Position numbers and translations under genes: made by a program
Part shown: positions 31,300 through 41,519 of the stretch, piece by piece
How positions within the stretch are numbered: position 1 is the first letter of the stretch
How the letters are laid out: each line of letters begins with the position of its first letter
Notes under the pieces: model-generated
Told to the model about the DNA's origin: nothing
Database searches by the model: none
What the model saw: only the letters and a program-made list of their open reading frames with translations
IMG/VR virus record: IMGVR_UViG_3300042888_000931
Location: 26,068-90,067 of that record
Length of the DNA: 64,000 nt
Direction: 5' to 3' (one strand)
Source of the DNA: a virus

Positions 31300-31956
31300 A
31301 TGAGCATTGTAAAGGGAATCAAGAACATCAACGCCCTGCTCGACAGACCAAAGTACGAAAACGAAGGACCAAAGGTTAAGTGGCTAAAACTTGCCGATGG
31401 GCAATCAGTAAAGATCCGATTCATTGAAGAACTCGATGAGGATTCTGCAAACTATAATGAAAAGCGTGGACTAGCACTTGTTGTTAAGGAGCACGTAAAT
31501 CCAAAGGACTACAAGCGTAAGGCTGTAGACACAATGGAATCAGAAGGCCGTGACTGGGCAGAAGAAATGCACCGCAAGGATCCAAAGGCAGGATGGCGTG
31601 GCCGTCTTCGCTTCTATTGCAACGTTCTTGTTGACGATGGAATTGAAGCACCGTATGTTGCAATCTGGTCAATGGGTATCAGCAAGCAGTCATCATTTAA
31701 TACAATTCGTGAGTATGCACTTGAAACAGGAAGCATCTCAAACGTAATCTGGAAGTTAAAGCGTAATGGTCAGGGAACTGAAACCAATTACACACTTATT
31801 CCATCAGCACCAGATAAGGAACCATTCGATTGGAAAGATATCGAACCTTATCCTTTGGAGTCAGCACTAAAGAAGATTCCATACGCAGAACAAGAAGCGT
31901 TCTACTTGGGCTTTGATGGCCCATCTACTACCTCAGCAACAAACGCTGATTGGTAA
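31300..31956 (+). CDS. single-stranded DNA-binding protein
   Basis: WLKLADGQSVKIRF and KRNGQGTETNY; acidic tail ending in W; between primase and polymerase. Confidence 0.7.
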   Translation: MSIVKGIKNINALLDRPKYENEGPKVKWLKLADGQSVKIRFIEELDEDSANYNEKRGLALVVKEHVNPKDYKRKAVDTMESEGRDWAEEMHRKDPKAGWRGRLRFYCNVLVDDGIEAPYVAIWSMGISKQSSFNTIREYALETGSISNVIWKLKRNGQGTETNYTLIPSAPDKEPFDWKDIEPYPLESALKKIPYAEQEAFYLGFDGPSTTSATNADW

Positions 31957-31957
31957 T

Positions 31958-34900
31958 ATGAACTACGTAGGCTTACATGTCCACACCCATTTTAGTTTGT
32001 TTGATGGGATTGCTACTCCAGAAGAATACGTTGACCGTGCAGTTGAGTTAGGGATGCCTGCAATAGCCATCACTGACCACGGTACTTTATCTGGGCATAG
32101 GGAACTGCACCGTATTGCAAAAGCAAAGGGCATAAAGCCAATTCTTGGACTAGAGGGATACATGTGTGCAGACATATCTGATACACGAGATAAGTCTGAA
32201 AGAGAAGGTCAGCAAGATCTTGTCTACAACCACATTATCCTTCTAGCCAAGAATCAAATTGGTTTGGAAAACTTAAACAAGATTAGTGAACTATCTTGGA
32301 CAGATGGTTTCTTTAAGAAGCCACGCTTTGACTTTACTATTTTAGAAAAGTATAAAGAAGGAATTATCGTAACTTCTGCTTGCCCAAGTAGCGTTTTAGT
32401 TAAAGCACTTGAAGAAGAAGAGTTTGCTCTTGCTAAGAAATATATATCTTGGTTTAAGGAACGCTTTGAAGATGACTACTATATTGAAGTCATGCCTCAC
32501 AACGAAGCACATATTAATAAATATTTAATTGAACTTGCAGATGAGTTTGGAATTAAGGTTGTTGTAACACCAGACTGCCACCATGTAGACTCGTCACAAA
32601 AAGAAGTTCAAGAATTTAAGTTGCTTATGAACACCCACGGTAAGTTTGTAAAAGATGCAACATACGAGAAGTCAAAGAAAAAAGGCAACATGATGGAACG
32701 CCTTGACTATCTTTATGGCGAAGACCGTCAGATCACATTTAATAAATTTGATATCCACCTACTCTCATACGAAGAGATTAAAGCAGCGATGGAATCGCAG
32801 GGTATTGATAGACCAGACATATATTCAAATACACTTCTATTAGCAGATAAAGTAGAAGACTATGGCATTCAAGAAGGATTAAACCTACTACCAGTACAGT
32901 ATAAGAGTCCTGACAAAGAACTTGCAAAGGTAGCATTAGAAGGTTTGGCAGAGAGAGGTTTGTCAGAAAACCAAGAGTATCTCGATAGACTTGAAGAAGA
33001 ATTACAAATTATTAAAGATAAGAAGTTTGCTCCATACTTCCTTGTTGTGAGTAACATGATCAACTGGGCAAAAAAGGAAGGAATTATGGTTGGGCCAGGT
33101 CGTGGTTCATCTGCTGGCTCTCTTGTTTGCTACGCACTAAAAATTACAGACATTGATCCTATTGAACACAACCTTTTGTTCTTCCGTTTTATTAATCCAG
33201 AGCGTAATGACTTCCCAGATATTGATACAGATATTCAAGATACTCGTCGTGAAGAAGTAAAAGACTATCTTGTTAGACAGTATCGACACGTTGCATCCAT
33301 TGCTACCTTCCTTCAGTTTACTGGAAAGGGAATTGTTAGAGATGTCTCAAGAGTTCTAAATATTCCTTTGTCAGATGTAAACAAGGTTTTGAAAACTGTA
33401 GACTCATGGGATGATTTCTGTACATCAAAATCAACATACGAGTTTCGTGAGAAGTATCCAGAGGTAGAGGTTTACGGAGAACAACTTCGTGGTCGAATTC
33501 GTGGCACAGGTATTCACGCTGCTGGTGTTGTTACTGCAAAAGAACCAATCTTTAGGTATGCCCCACTTGAAACAAGATCATCTACTGGGTCTGACGAAAG
33601 AATTCCAGTAGTTGGTGTTGACATGGAAGAGGCTGAAAGAATTGGTTTAATTAAGATTGATGCACTTGGTCTTAAGACTTTATCTGTTCTTAAGAATACA
33701 ATTGACATTATTAAAGAACGAGATGGCAAAAAGATTGATCTTCTTAAGATTAAGATGGACGATGCCAATGTATATCAGATGTTATCAGATGGATATACAA
33801 AGGGAGTGTTCCAGTGTGAAGCAGCACCATACACAAACCTTCTTGTCAAGATGGGTGTCAAGAATCTAAATGAACTTGCAGCATCAAACGCACTTGTCCG
33901 TCCAGGTGCAATGAATACTATTGGTAAGGACTATGTTGATCGCAAGCATGGTCGTCAAAACATTTCCTATACTCACCAAGTACTAAAACAATTTACGGAG
34001 GACACATATGGCTGTATTCTTTACCAGGAACAAGTTATGCAAGCATGCGTACACCTTGGCGGTATGTCCATGTCGGAAGCAGATAAAGTTAGAAAGATCA
34101 TTGGAAAGAAAAAGGATGCTAAAGAATTTGATCAGTTTAAAGAAAAATTCGTAGAGGGAGCATCTAAATTCATTACTCCTCATGCTGCTTTAGATCTATG
34201 GCATGACTTTGAGGCTCACGCAGGGTACTCATTTAACAAGTCACACGCAGTAGCATACTCAACGCTATCATATTGGACAGCATGGTTAAAGTATTATTAT
34301 CCACTTGAGTTTATGTACTCAGTGCTAAAGAATGAAAAGGACAAGGATGCAAGAACTGAATATCTTATTGAAGCAAAGAGAATGGGTATTAGCGTTAAGT
34401 TACCTCACATTAACGATTCGGATATCGATTTTAAAATTGAGGGTAAGGGTATTCGGTTTGGGCTCACTGCTATCAAGTTCATATCTGACAAGATTGCAGA
34501 AAGATATATTGCAGCACGACCATTTAGTTCTTACAAAGAACTTGAAGAGTTTACATTCACCAAGGGTAACGGAGTAAACAGTCGTGCACTACAAGCACTA
34601 AGAGTAATTGGTGCTGCAACATTCAATGATAATCCTAGAAATGATCAGGATATTAAAGAGAACTTATATGAATACTTAAACCTTCCAGAGTTTAATATCA
34701 CTATACCTTCTCACTACTATGCCTTCATTCAAGATATTGTTGACTTTGAAGAAAAGGGATCATACATATTTATGGGTATGGTAAAATCAATTAAACGAGG
34801 AACAGGATGGTCACGAGTTGAAATTTTGGACAAAACTGGCAGTGTCGGTATATTTGACGACGAAAATACAACTATTGAGACGGGTCGTTCTTATCTTGTC

Positions 34901-35233
34901 TTGTGTAATGATAACAGGATTGTTTCTTTCATACCTTCAGATGAGATAAAAGAATCATCACATGCTCTTGTAAAGTTCTTAAGTTACAAGCAGTTGCCAT
35001 ACAAGGATGATGAAATGTTTGTTGTATCGTTTAAGCCAAGGATCACAAAGGCTGGAAAGAAGATGGCATCTCTTACACTTGCAGATACGAGCAGAGACTT
35101 GCATTCTATTACAGTTTTTCCTACATCTTTTGCAAAGGCGTATATGCATATTGAAGAAGGAAAGTCATACAAGTTTGATTTTGGAAAGACTAAAGACGGA
35201 ACAGTAACATTGGAGGATGTACATGTCAGTTAG
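31958..35233 (+). CDS. dnaE: DNA polymerase III alpha subunit
   Basis: PHP LHVHTHFS and AITDHG; GRGSSAGS; PDIDTD; GYSFNKSHA. Confidence 0.96.
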   Translation: MNYVGLHVHTHFSLFDGIATPEEYVDRAVELGMPAIAITDHGTLSGHRELHRIAKAKGIKPILGLEGYMCADISDTRDKSEREGQQDLVYNHIILLAKNQIGLENLNKISELSWTDGFFKKPRFDFTILEKYKEGIIVTSACPSSVLVKALEEEEFALAKKYISWFKERFEDDYYIEVMPHNEAHINKYLIELADEFGIKVVVTPDCHHVDSSQKEVQEFKLLMNTHGKFVKDATYEKSKKKGNMMERLDYLYGEDRQITFNKFDIHLLSYEEIKAAMESQGIDRPDIYSNTLLLADKVEDYGIQEGLNLLPVQYKSPDKELAKVALEGLAERGLSENQEYLDRLEEELQIIKDKKFAPYFLVVSNMINWAKKEGIMVGPGRGSSAGSLVCYALKITDIDPIEHNLLFFRFINPERNDFPDIDTDIQDTRREEVKDYLVRQYRHVASIATFLQFTGKGIVRDVSRVLNIPLSDVNKVLKTVDSWDDFCTSKSTYEFREKYPEVEVYGEQLRGRIRGTGIHAAGVVTAKEPIFRYAPLETRSSTGSDERIPVVGVDMEEAERIGLIKIDALGLKTLSVLKNTIDIIKERDGKKIDLLKIKMDDANVYQMLSDGYTKGVFQCEAAPYTNLLVKMGVKNLNELAASNALVRPGAMNTIGKDYVDRKHGRQNISYTHQVLKQFTEDTYGCILYQEQVMQACVHLGGMSMSEADKVRKIIGKKKDAKEFDQFKEKFVEGASKFITPHAALDLWHDFEAHAGYSFNKSHAVAYSTLSYWTAWLKYYYPLEFMYSVLKNEKDKDARTEYLIEAKRMGISVKLPHINDSDIDFKIEGKGIRFGLTAIKFISDKIAERYIAARPFSSYKELEEFTFTKGNGVNSRALQALRVIGAATFNDNPRNDQDIKENLYEYLNLPEFNITIPSHYYAFIQDIVDFEEKGSYIFMGMVKSIKRGTGWSRVEILDKTGSVGIFDDENTTIETGRSYLVLCNDNRIVSFIPSDEIKESSHALVKFLSYKQLPYKDDEMFVVSFKPRITKAGKKMASLTLADTSRDLHSITVFPTSFAKAYMHIEEGKSYKFDFGKTKDGTVTLEDVHVS

Positions 35234-36233
35234 TATAGAAGAAGCATTAGCACAACTTGATCCTAAGTTGAGAAAAAGATTAGGCAGTGGAGTAGGTGTT
35301 AACTATGAGTACCAGCCAACCCCTAGTTATGGATTAAATCGTGCACTAGGTGGTGGACTTCCTTATGGTAGACAGGTACTTATCTGGGGTTCAAAGTCTT
35401 CGGCAAAGTCTTCTATGTGCCTTCAGATGATTGCTTTAGCACAGGCAGAAGGAAAGTTGTGTGCCTGGATTGACTCAGAGATGTCATACTCTGAAGACTG
35501 GGCCAGAACTCTTGGGGTAGATCCAGAAAAACTAATCTACTCACAAGCAAGAACTATCAGTGACATGGTAGACGTTGGTGTTGGACTTATGAATGCTGGT
35601 GTAGACCTAATCGTGGTAGACTCTATTACATCAATGCTTCCTGCAATCTATTTTGAAAAAGATACAGATGAAATGAAAGCGTTAGAAAATACAAAACAGA
35701 TTGGAGCAGAATCCCGTGACTTTAGTAACGCATGGAAAATGCTTAACTATGCAAACAATAAAGTTAAGCCAACTTTGCTTGTTCTTATTTCTCAGTCTCG
35801 TAATAATATTAATGCTATGTATACTAGCCAGCAGCCTTCTGGTGGTCAGGCTACTAAGTTTTATTCCTCATGTATTGTTAAACTCTTTTCTTCAGAGTCA
35901 GACAATCAAGCGATTAAGGGTAAGATCAAGGTAGGAGATAAATTAATTGAAGAAAAAATTGGCAGAACTATTAAGTGGGAACTCCAGTTCTCCAAAACCT
36001 CTCCAGGGTTCCAGTCTGGTGAGTATGATTTTTATTTTAGAGGTGACAATATTGGTCTTGATACCATTGGTGATCTGGTTACTACCGCAGAACTAAACGG
36101 CATTGTAGAACGAACAGGTGCCTGGTATATCCTTCCTGACGGAACAAAGGTGCAAGGCAAAGAAGCATTTGTTAATCGTGTAAGGGAGGATCTTGATTTG
36201 CAAGAATCAATCAAGGCTAAACTAAATGGCTAG
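35223..36233 (+). CDS. recA: RecA/UvsX-like recombinase
   Basis: LNRALGGGLPYGR, WIDSE, IVVDSI, SGGQATKFY and GAWY motifs. Confidence 0.9.
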   Translation: MSVSIEEALAQLDPKLRKRLGSGVGVNYEYQPTPSYGLNRALGGGLPYGRQVLIWGSKSSAKSSMCLQMIALAQAEGKLCAWIDSEMSYSEDWARTLGVDPEKLIYSQARTISDMVDVGVGLMNAGVDLIVVDSITSMLPAIYFEKDTDEMKALENTKQIGAESRDFSNAWKMLNYANNKVKPTLLVLISQSRNNINAMYTSQQPSGGQATKFYSSCIVKLFSSESDNQAIKGKIKVGDKLIEEKIGRTIKWELQFSKTSPGFQSGEYDFYFRGDNIGLDTIGDLVTTAELNGIVERTGAWYILPDGTKVQGKEAFVNRVREDLDLQESIKAKLNG

Positions 36234-36405
36234 TTATACTGTTTATCAGGGTCAGTGGGTTTGCCACACATGCAAAGCAATAGTTCCAACATTGAGATGC
36301 TATGCTGAAACAAAAACATTAACTTGGATGTGCAAAGATAAGCATCTAACCACTGTATATCTGGGCAGAAGAAAGAAGAAAGATTTTGATGACGGAGAAG
36401 AGTGA
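36226..36405 (+). CDS. small zinc-binding protein, 59 aa (not in ORF track)
   Basis: MASYTVYQGQWVCHTC...WMCKDKH; fills the gap between coupled genes. Confidence 0.6.
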   Translation: MASYTVYQGQWVCHTCKAIVPTLRCYAETKTLTWMCKDKHLTTVYLGRRKKKDFDDGEE

Positions 36406-36670
36406 GTCTAAAAGGATTGGTGCTAAGCAGCACAAGAACTCTGGTCGTAATACCCAAAAGGGAGATGCTTCATGGAAAAACTTTGTCGTAGACTTTAAAG
36501 AGGTTGGCAAATCCTTTACTTTAAATAAAGAGGTTTGGGCTAAGGCTACTACAGATGCTATGAAGAATGGCAAGGACCCAGCCATAGTAGTCGTAATAGG
36601 CGAGGGTAACTCTAAGGTCAGACTTGCTATAATTGAGATGAGTATTCTAGAAGACATGGTGGAGGAATAA
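36389..36670 (+). CDS. small PD-(D/E)XK nuclease, Holliday-junction-resolvase-like
   Basis: NSGR..KGD....VVDFKE motif. Confidence 0.6.
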   Translation: MTEKSESKRIGAKQHKNSGRNTQKGDASWKNFVVDFKEVGKSFTLNKEVWAKATTDAMKNGKDPAIVVVIGEGNSKVRLAIIEMSILEDMVEE

Positions 36671-36975
36671 TGGAACAGCAAGGAACAACAATAGATATGG
36701 TCAATGGTCTTTCAGAGATAGCAGACTATATGCAAGACGAAGAACTTACGGTAGCACTAACAATGATTGCTAAATTAATTATAAAGCCAGACATCCCAAT
36801 CAATGTTGCTCACGTAGAGATTGTAAGGCTTCAGGCAATTGCTGCAAAGATGGCTTTTAAGGCTACCTGGATGGCTAATGTTGACAAGTCGGATCGTGGA
36901 AAGAAGAATCTTTATTATACGGCAGCAGAGTCGCTTAATAATTTAGTGTCTGCACTCAAATATATTACACGCTAA
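36670..36975 (+). CDS. hypothetical helical protein
   Basis: GGAGG SD; coupled. Confidence 0.6.
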   Translation: MEQQGTTIDMVNGLSEIADYMQDEELTVALTMIAKLIIKPDIPINVAHVEIVRLQAIAAKMAFKATWMANVDKSDRGKKNLYYTAAESLNNLVSALKYITR

Positions 36976-37009
36976 TCTGCTATACTTATACTAATAGAAA
37001 CGAGAAACG

Positions 37010-37825
37010 ATGACGAAGAATTTACTGCACACTGTAATGATAAAGCCAGAAGAAAAGCCGATTCACCGCATGGATATAGCGGGACTTGAGGCAAAGATTA
37101 AAGAAGGCTATACGATTACTCGTGTAGACAAGCACACAACAAAGAAAACTTTTGCACCATCAACCATTGCTTATGGCCATGGAGAGTGTGCAAGATACTG
37201 GTACCTTGCATTTGATGGTCAGATTTTTGAAGATAATGCAGACGCATACGCATCAGCAAATATGACTGCTGGCACTCTATCACATGCAAGAATTCAAAAC
37301 GCAATGCTAAATGCTGGTATTGTTAAGGTTTTCCGTGATGAAAATAATGAAGCAACAACAGAGTTTAAGATTATAAATGAAGATCCTCCTATCTTTGGGT
37401 ATGGGGATGTCATGTTTAATTGGCAGGGAGAAGAACTCATTGGTGAAATTAAAACAATGATGAACGAAGGGTTTGAATATAGAAAGGCATCAGGCAAGGC
37501 CAAGACTGGTCACTTGATGCAATTACTTATCTATATGAAAATCTTAAAGAAACCAACAGGTGTTATGATTTATGAAAATAAAAATAATCATGAACTTCTT
37601 TTAATACCTGTAGATGTAAACGATCATTACCGTCGGTGGGTAGACCAGGCATTTGATTGGATGAGACTAGTTCGCAAGACATGGGAAGACAGAACCCTGC
37701 CAAACAAAAACTATAGATCAAATTCCAAGATATGCAAGTCATGCCCAATTAAAAAAGCATGTGAGTCTGCAGGTCCAGGCGTGTTAAAGATAGCACCCCT
37801 GGAGATTCTAAGTGAGACACTGTAA
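37010..37825 (+). CDS. Cas4-like PD-(D/E)XK exonuclease
   Basis: ECARYW, GYGD..GEIKT, QLLIY and C-terminal CKSCPIKKAC. Confidence 0.8.
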   Translation: MTKNLLHTVMIKPEEKPIHRMDIAGLEAKIKEGYTITRVDKHTTKKTFAPSTIAYGHGECARYWYLAFDGQIFEDNADAYASANMTAGTLSHARIQNAMLNAGIVKVFRDENNEATTEFKIINEDPPIFGYGDVMFNWQGEELIGEIKTMMNEGFEYRKASGKAKTGHLMQLLIYMKILKKPTGVMIYENKNNHELLLIPVDVNDHYRRWVDQAFDWMRLVRKTWEDRTLPNKNYRSNSKICKSCPIKKACESAGPGVLKIAPLEILSETL

Positions 37826-38096
37826 CTTTTGCGATAAACAATTTACTCAATCAGTATCGTATCAAATATACTGCTCTGTTGAATGTAGAGAACTTGCAAC
37901 AAAAGAAAAAATTGCTGCAAGGTATATGCAATCAAAAAGAGCAAAAAGAAAAGGAAAGACAAGACTTTGCAAGTCTTGCTCTATGCCACTTTCAATCTAC
38001 AATGATTTCCCAGTTTGCTCATCTTGTTCTATAAATCCAGACGCTGTGAGCAAAGCAATTAAAAAGATTAAGGATAAGACAGATGGTAAAAAATAA
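37812..38096 (+). CDS. Cys-rich zinc-finger protein
   Basis: CNFC, YCSVEC, CKSC, CSSC. Confidence 0.65.
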   Translation: MRHCNFCDKQFTQSVSYQIYCSVECRELATKEKIAARYMQSKRAKRKGKTRLCKSCSMPLSIYNDFPVCSSCSINPDAVSKAIKKIKDKTDGKK

Positions 38097-38673
38097 GTGG
38101 GGGCTAGAAATAAAGCCACACAAGATCTGCGCCATTGACGCTAGTACAAACAGTCTTGCCTTTGCATTATTTTCTGGAGATGATCTTGAGTCTGTGGGAA
38201 AGATTAACTTTGAAGGAAACGATATATATGAAAAGGTTATGGATGCAGGTAAAAAGGTAAAAGCATTCTTTGATATATATGATGGGTTTGAAGCAATAAT
38301 TATTGAGCACACTGTTTTTATGAATAGCCCTAAGACTGCTGCAGATCTCGCATTGGTACAGGGTGCAATCCTTGGATCAGCAGGACAAACTGGAACTAAG
38401 GTTATAGGAAAAGTTTCTCCTATTACCTGGCAAAACTACATCGGTAATAAAAAAATATCAAAGGATGAGCAACTGTTCATTCGATCTCAAAATCCAGGAA
38501 AGTCTGTTTCTTGGTACAAGTCTTACGAAAGAAATATTCGTAAGGAGAGAACCATTAAGTTTATTAACACTATTTATGATAGATCAATTACTGATAACGA
38601 TGTTGCAGATGCATGCGGGATTGGGCACTGGGCACTAAAAAATTGGGGGAAAGCAATTGGAGTTGACAAATAA
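38083..38673 (+). CDS. RuvC-like resolvase
   Basis: AIDAST, IIIEH and DVADACGI acidic motifs. Confidence 0.75.
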   Translation: MVKNKWGLEIKPHKICAIDASTNSLAFALFSGDDLESVGKINFEGNDIYEKVMDAGKKVKAFFDIYDGFEAIIIEHTVFMNSPKTAADLALVQGAILGSAGQTGTKVIGKVSPITWQNYIGNKKISKDEQLFIRSQNPGKSVSWYKSYERNIRKERTIKFINTIYDRSITDNDVADACGIGHWALKNWGKAIGVDK

Positions 38674-38677
38674 CATT

Positions 38678-38833
38678 ATGGCTGCTAAACTATATACATC
38701 AGAAGTCTTTATGCGTAAGAGATATCTTATGGATAAGAAGACTCCAGAAGAGATTGCAAAGGAATGTGGATGCTCACTAGAGACGATCTATGTTTACCTT
38801 GCTAAGTTTGGATTAAGGAAATCAAAACGATGA
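38678..38833 (+). CDS. small HTH protein, 51 aa (not in ORF track)
   Basis: KTPEEIAKECGCSLETIYVYL. Confidence 0.65.
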   Translation: MAAKLYTSEVFMRKRYLMDKKTPEEIAKECGCSLETIYVYLAKFGLRKSKR

Positions 38834-38964
38834 ATAAATTTGAAAAAGCATTAGTCGCACTTGCTGTAGCAGGTAGCGTGGGTTTTGCCTTTGCGTTTGC
38901 TGCACTAAAAGGAATTCCAGAAACATTTGATTGGGAATCTGACGAGGAGGAATCTTATGAGTGA
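38830..38964 (+). CDS. small membrane protein, 44 aa (not in ORF track)
   Basis: MNKFEKALVALAVAGSVGFAFAFAAL; ATGA coupling. Confidence 0.55.
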   Translation: MNKFEKALVALAVAGSVGFAFAFAALKGIPETFDWESDEEESYE

Positions 38965-39199
38965 TAATCTAAACATAACCGTTGACCAAGTAAACAATCC
39001 ACGACACTACACATCAGATCCATCTGGTATTGAGTGTATTGAGATAACTCGTCATCGTAATTTTAATATTGGTAATGCTTTCAAGTATCTTTGGAGAGCA
39101 GGACTTAAGGATGAAGCAAAGACCATACAGGATTTAGAGAAGGCAATTTTCTATATTAAAGATGAGATAAACAGACTAGAAGGCAAGCATGTCAACTGA
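38957..39199 (+). CDS. DUF3310-like protein
   Basis: DQVNNPRHY..IECIE..FNIGNAFKYLWRAGLK..DLEKA.FY. Confidence 0.8.
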   Translation: MSDNLNITVDQVNNPRHYTSDPSGIECIEITRHRNFNIGNAFKYLWRAGLKDEAKTIQDLEKAIFYIKDEINRLEGKHVN

Positions 39200-39725
39200 A
39201 GACGATCTAGTTAAGCATCTTGACCAAGTAAACTTGGTAGTGGAAGAATACCTAAAAGGTAATGATCCAACAGTAATATCAAAGCAACTTTCTATACCAA
39301 GACAAAGAGTGGTAACTCTTATCAATGAATGGAAGGTCATGGCCTCAGCCAATGACGCTATCCGTGCTCGTGCTAAAGAAGCACTAGCAGCAGCGGACAC
39401 ACACTACAGCAAGTTAGTATCTCGCACATACGAAGTTATTGATGAAGCATCTATGACTAACAACCTTAGCGCAAAGACTGCAGCAATTAAACTTGTAATG
39501 GATATTGAATCAAAGAGAATTGACATGCTTCAGAAGGCTGGCCTACTTGAGAACAAAGAACTTGCTGAAGAGATGATGGAAATTGAAAAGCGTCAGGAGA
39601 TTCTTGTTCTTATCCTTAAAGATATTGCCTCAGAGTATCCACAGGTTCGTGATGAAATTATGCGTAGACTTTCTGCATTTGCAAAAGACAATGAGGTGAT
39701 TACAGTTGTCCACGATGTTCAATGA
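39189..39725 (+). CDS. putative terminase small subunit
   Basis: N-terminal HTH then helical region; overlaps TerL start. Confidence 0.6.
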   Translation: MSTEDDLVKHLDQVNLVVEEYLKGNDPTVISKQLSIPRQRVVTLINEWKVMASANDAIRARAKEALAAADTHYSKLVSRTYEVIDEASMTNNLSAKTAAIKLVMDIESKRIDMLQKAGLLENKELAEEMMEIEKRQEILVLILKDIASEYPQVRDEIMRRLSAFAKDNEVITVVHDVQ

Positions 39726-41502
39726 GTTTCTTGAAGCACTGCAGGATGATCACTTTCAGGAAATACCAGTAGACGCAAGAACATTTGTTGAGGGTGAAGC
39801 ATACCTTGGACAACCACCATTGTCTGATATCCAGTATGACATTGTTGAGGCAATGAGCCAGATCTATCGTAAAGAAGATTTGATTAGTATGATGGGTGAA
39901 GAAAAGGGTACTAAGTACTACAACAAATATACAAAGAATGAAATCATCCTGCAACTTGGCAAGGGATCTGGAAAAGACTTCACATCAACCGTAGCATGCT
40001 CATATATCGTATACAAACTGTTATGTTTAAAAGATCCAGCAAAGTATTTTGGCAAGCCATCTGGAGATGCTATCGACTTAATCAACGTTGCTATTAACGC
40101 ACAACAAGCAAAGAACGTTTTCTTTAAAGGTTTTAAATCAAAGATTGAAAGATCCCCATGGTTTGCTGGAAAGTATTATGCAAAGGCTGACTCAATTGAG
40201 TTTGATAAATCTATTACCGTTTACTCTGGTCACTCAGAGCGTGAGTCACATGAGGGTTTAAACCTTTTGCTTGCAGTCCTTGATGAGATTTCTGGTTTTG
40301 CATCTGAGGTTGGAACAGGAAATGAACAAGGAAAGACTGCTGATAACATCTACAAGGCTTTCCGTGGGTCAGTTGACTCACGCTTCCCTGATCTTGGCAA
40401 GGTAGTTCTTCTATCATTCCCCCGTTATCCAGGAGACTTTATTTCAGAAAAGTATGACGATGTTATTGCTGAGAAAGAAGTTATAGAAAGAACTCATCAG
40501 TTTACAATCAATCCACTTCTTCCAGAAAATAGTCCAGACAACAACTTTGAAATTTCCTGGGATGAAGATCAAATCATTTCATACAAATATCCAGGAGTAT
40601 TCGCATTAAAAAGACCTACATGGGAAGTAAACCCTACACGCAAGATAGATGACTTCATGATTGCATTCATGACGGACCTTGGAGATGCAATGATGCGCTT
40701 TGCATGTGTACCAACATTTGCTTCTGATGCATTCTTTAAGCAGGCAGACAAAGTAAGAGCCTGCATGACACTAATAAATCCAGTAGACAATTTTAGAAGG
40801 TTTGCAGAAAACTTTAAGCCAGATCCAACAAAAAAGTATTATGTACATGCTGACCTTGCACAAAAGCACGATAAGTGTGCTGTGGCAATTGCACATGTAG
40901 ACAAGTGGGTAAATATCCAGGTAATTAATAACTACGAACAAGTTGCACCAATTGTAGTAGTAGATGCAGTAGCATGGTGGGAGCCAAAGGTAGAAGGGCC
41001 AGTCAACCTGTCAGAAGTTAAGCAGTGGATTCAGAACCTAAGAAGAATAGGGTTTGATATTGGCATGGTTTCATTTGACCGTTGGCAATCATTTGATATT
41101 CAAAATGAGTTAAAGCAAGTAGGAATGAAAACTGATACTGTTTCTGTTGCCAAGAAGCACTACGAGGATATGGCTATGCTTGTATACGAAGAAAGACTTG
41201 CTATGCCTGCAATTGATTTATTGTTTGATGAACTAACACAGTTAAAGATTATGAAAAATGATAGAGTTGACCACCCCCGCAAAAAGTCAAAGGACTTGGC
41301 TGATGCTGTGTGTGGAGCAATATTTGGGGCAATATCACATACCCCAAAAAATATAGACACTGAAGTAGAGGTTCATACTTTTAAGGATAGACCAAAAACT
41401 CCAGAGGAGCAATTTGACTTAGAAAGTCGCAATGTGATACAATATAAACCTAGCCAAATAGAAGAAATAAAAGACTATTTGGACAGACTAAAAACACTAT
41501 AA
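39706..41502 (+). CDS. terminase large subunit
   Basis: Walker A GKGSGKD, Walker B VLDEIS; nuclease HADLA..D and KDLADA. Confidence 0.9.
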   Translation: MSTMFNEFLEALQDDHFQEIPVDARTFVEGEAYLGQPPLSDIQYDIVEAMSQIYRKEDLISMMGEEKGTKYYNKYTKNEIILQLGKGSGKDFTSTVACSYIVYKLLCLKDPAKYFGKPSGDAIDLINVAINAQQAKNVFFKGFKSKIERSPWFAGKYYAKADSIEFDKSITVYSGHSERESHEGLNLLLAVLDEISGFASEVGTGNEQGKTADNIYKAFRGSVDSRFPDLGKVVLLSFPRYPGDFISEKYDDVIAEKEVIERTHQFTINPLLPENSPDNNFEISWDEDQIISYKYPGVFALKRPTWEVNPTRKIDDFMIAFMTDLGDAMMRFACVPTFASDAFFKQADKVRACMTLINPVDNFRRFAENFKPDPTKKYYVHADLAQKHDKCAVAIAHVDKWVNIQVINNYEQVAPIVVVDAVAWWEPKVEGPVNLSEVKQWIQNLRRIGFDIGMVSFDRWQSFDIQNELKQVGMKTDTVSVAKKHYEDMAMLVYEERLAMPAIDLLFDELTQLKIMKNDRVDHPRKKSKDLADAVCGAIFGAISHTPKNIDTEVEVHTFKDRPKTPEEQFDLESRNVIQYKPSQIEEIKDYLDRLKTL

Positions 41503-41519
41503 ACAAGGAGAAATAAGTA

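Noticed and set aside
37010-37825. Cas4-like gene as part of a CRISPR-Cas system
   Set aside because: No repeat-spacer array or other cas genes seen; standalone Cas4-like nucleases are common in phage recombination modules
31958-41502. Inteins or introns in DnaE, RecA or TerL
   Set aside because: Lengths are ordinary, ORFs are uninterrupted and no splicing motifs were seen
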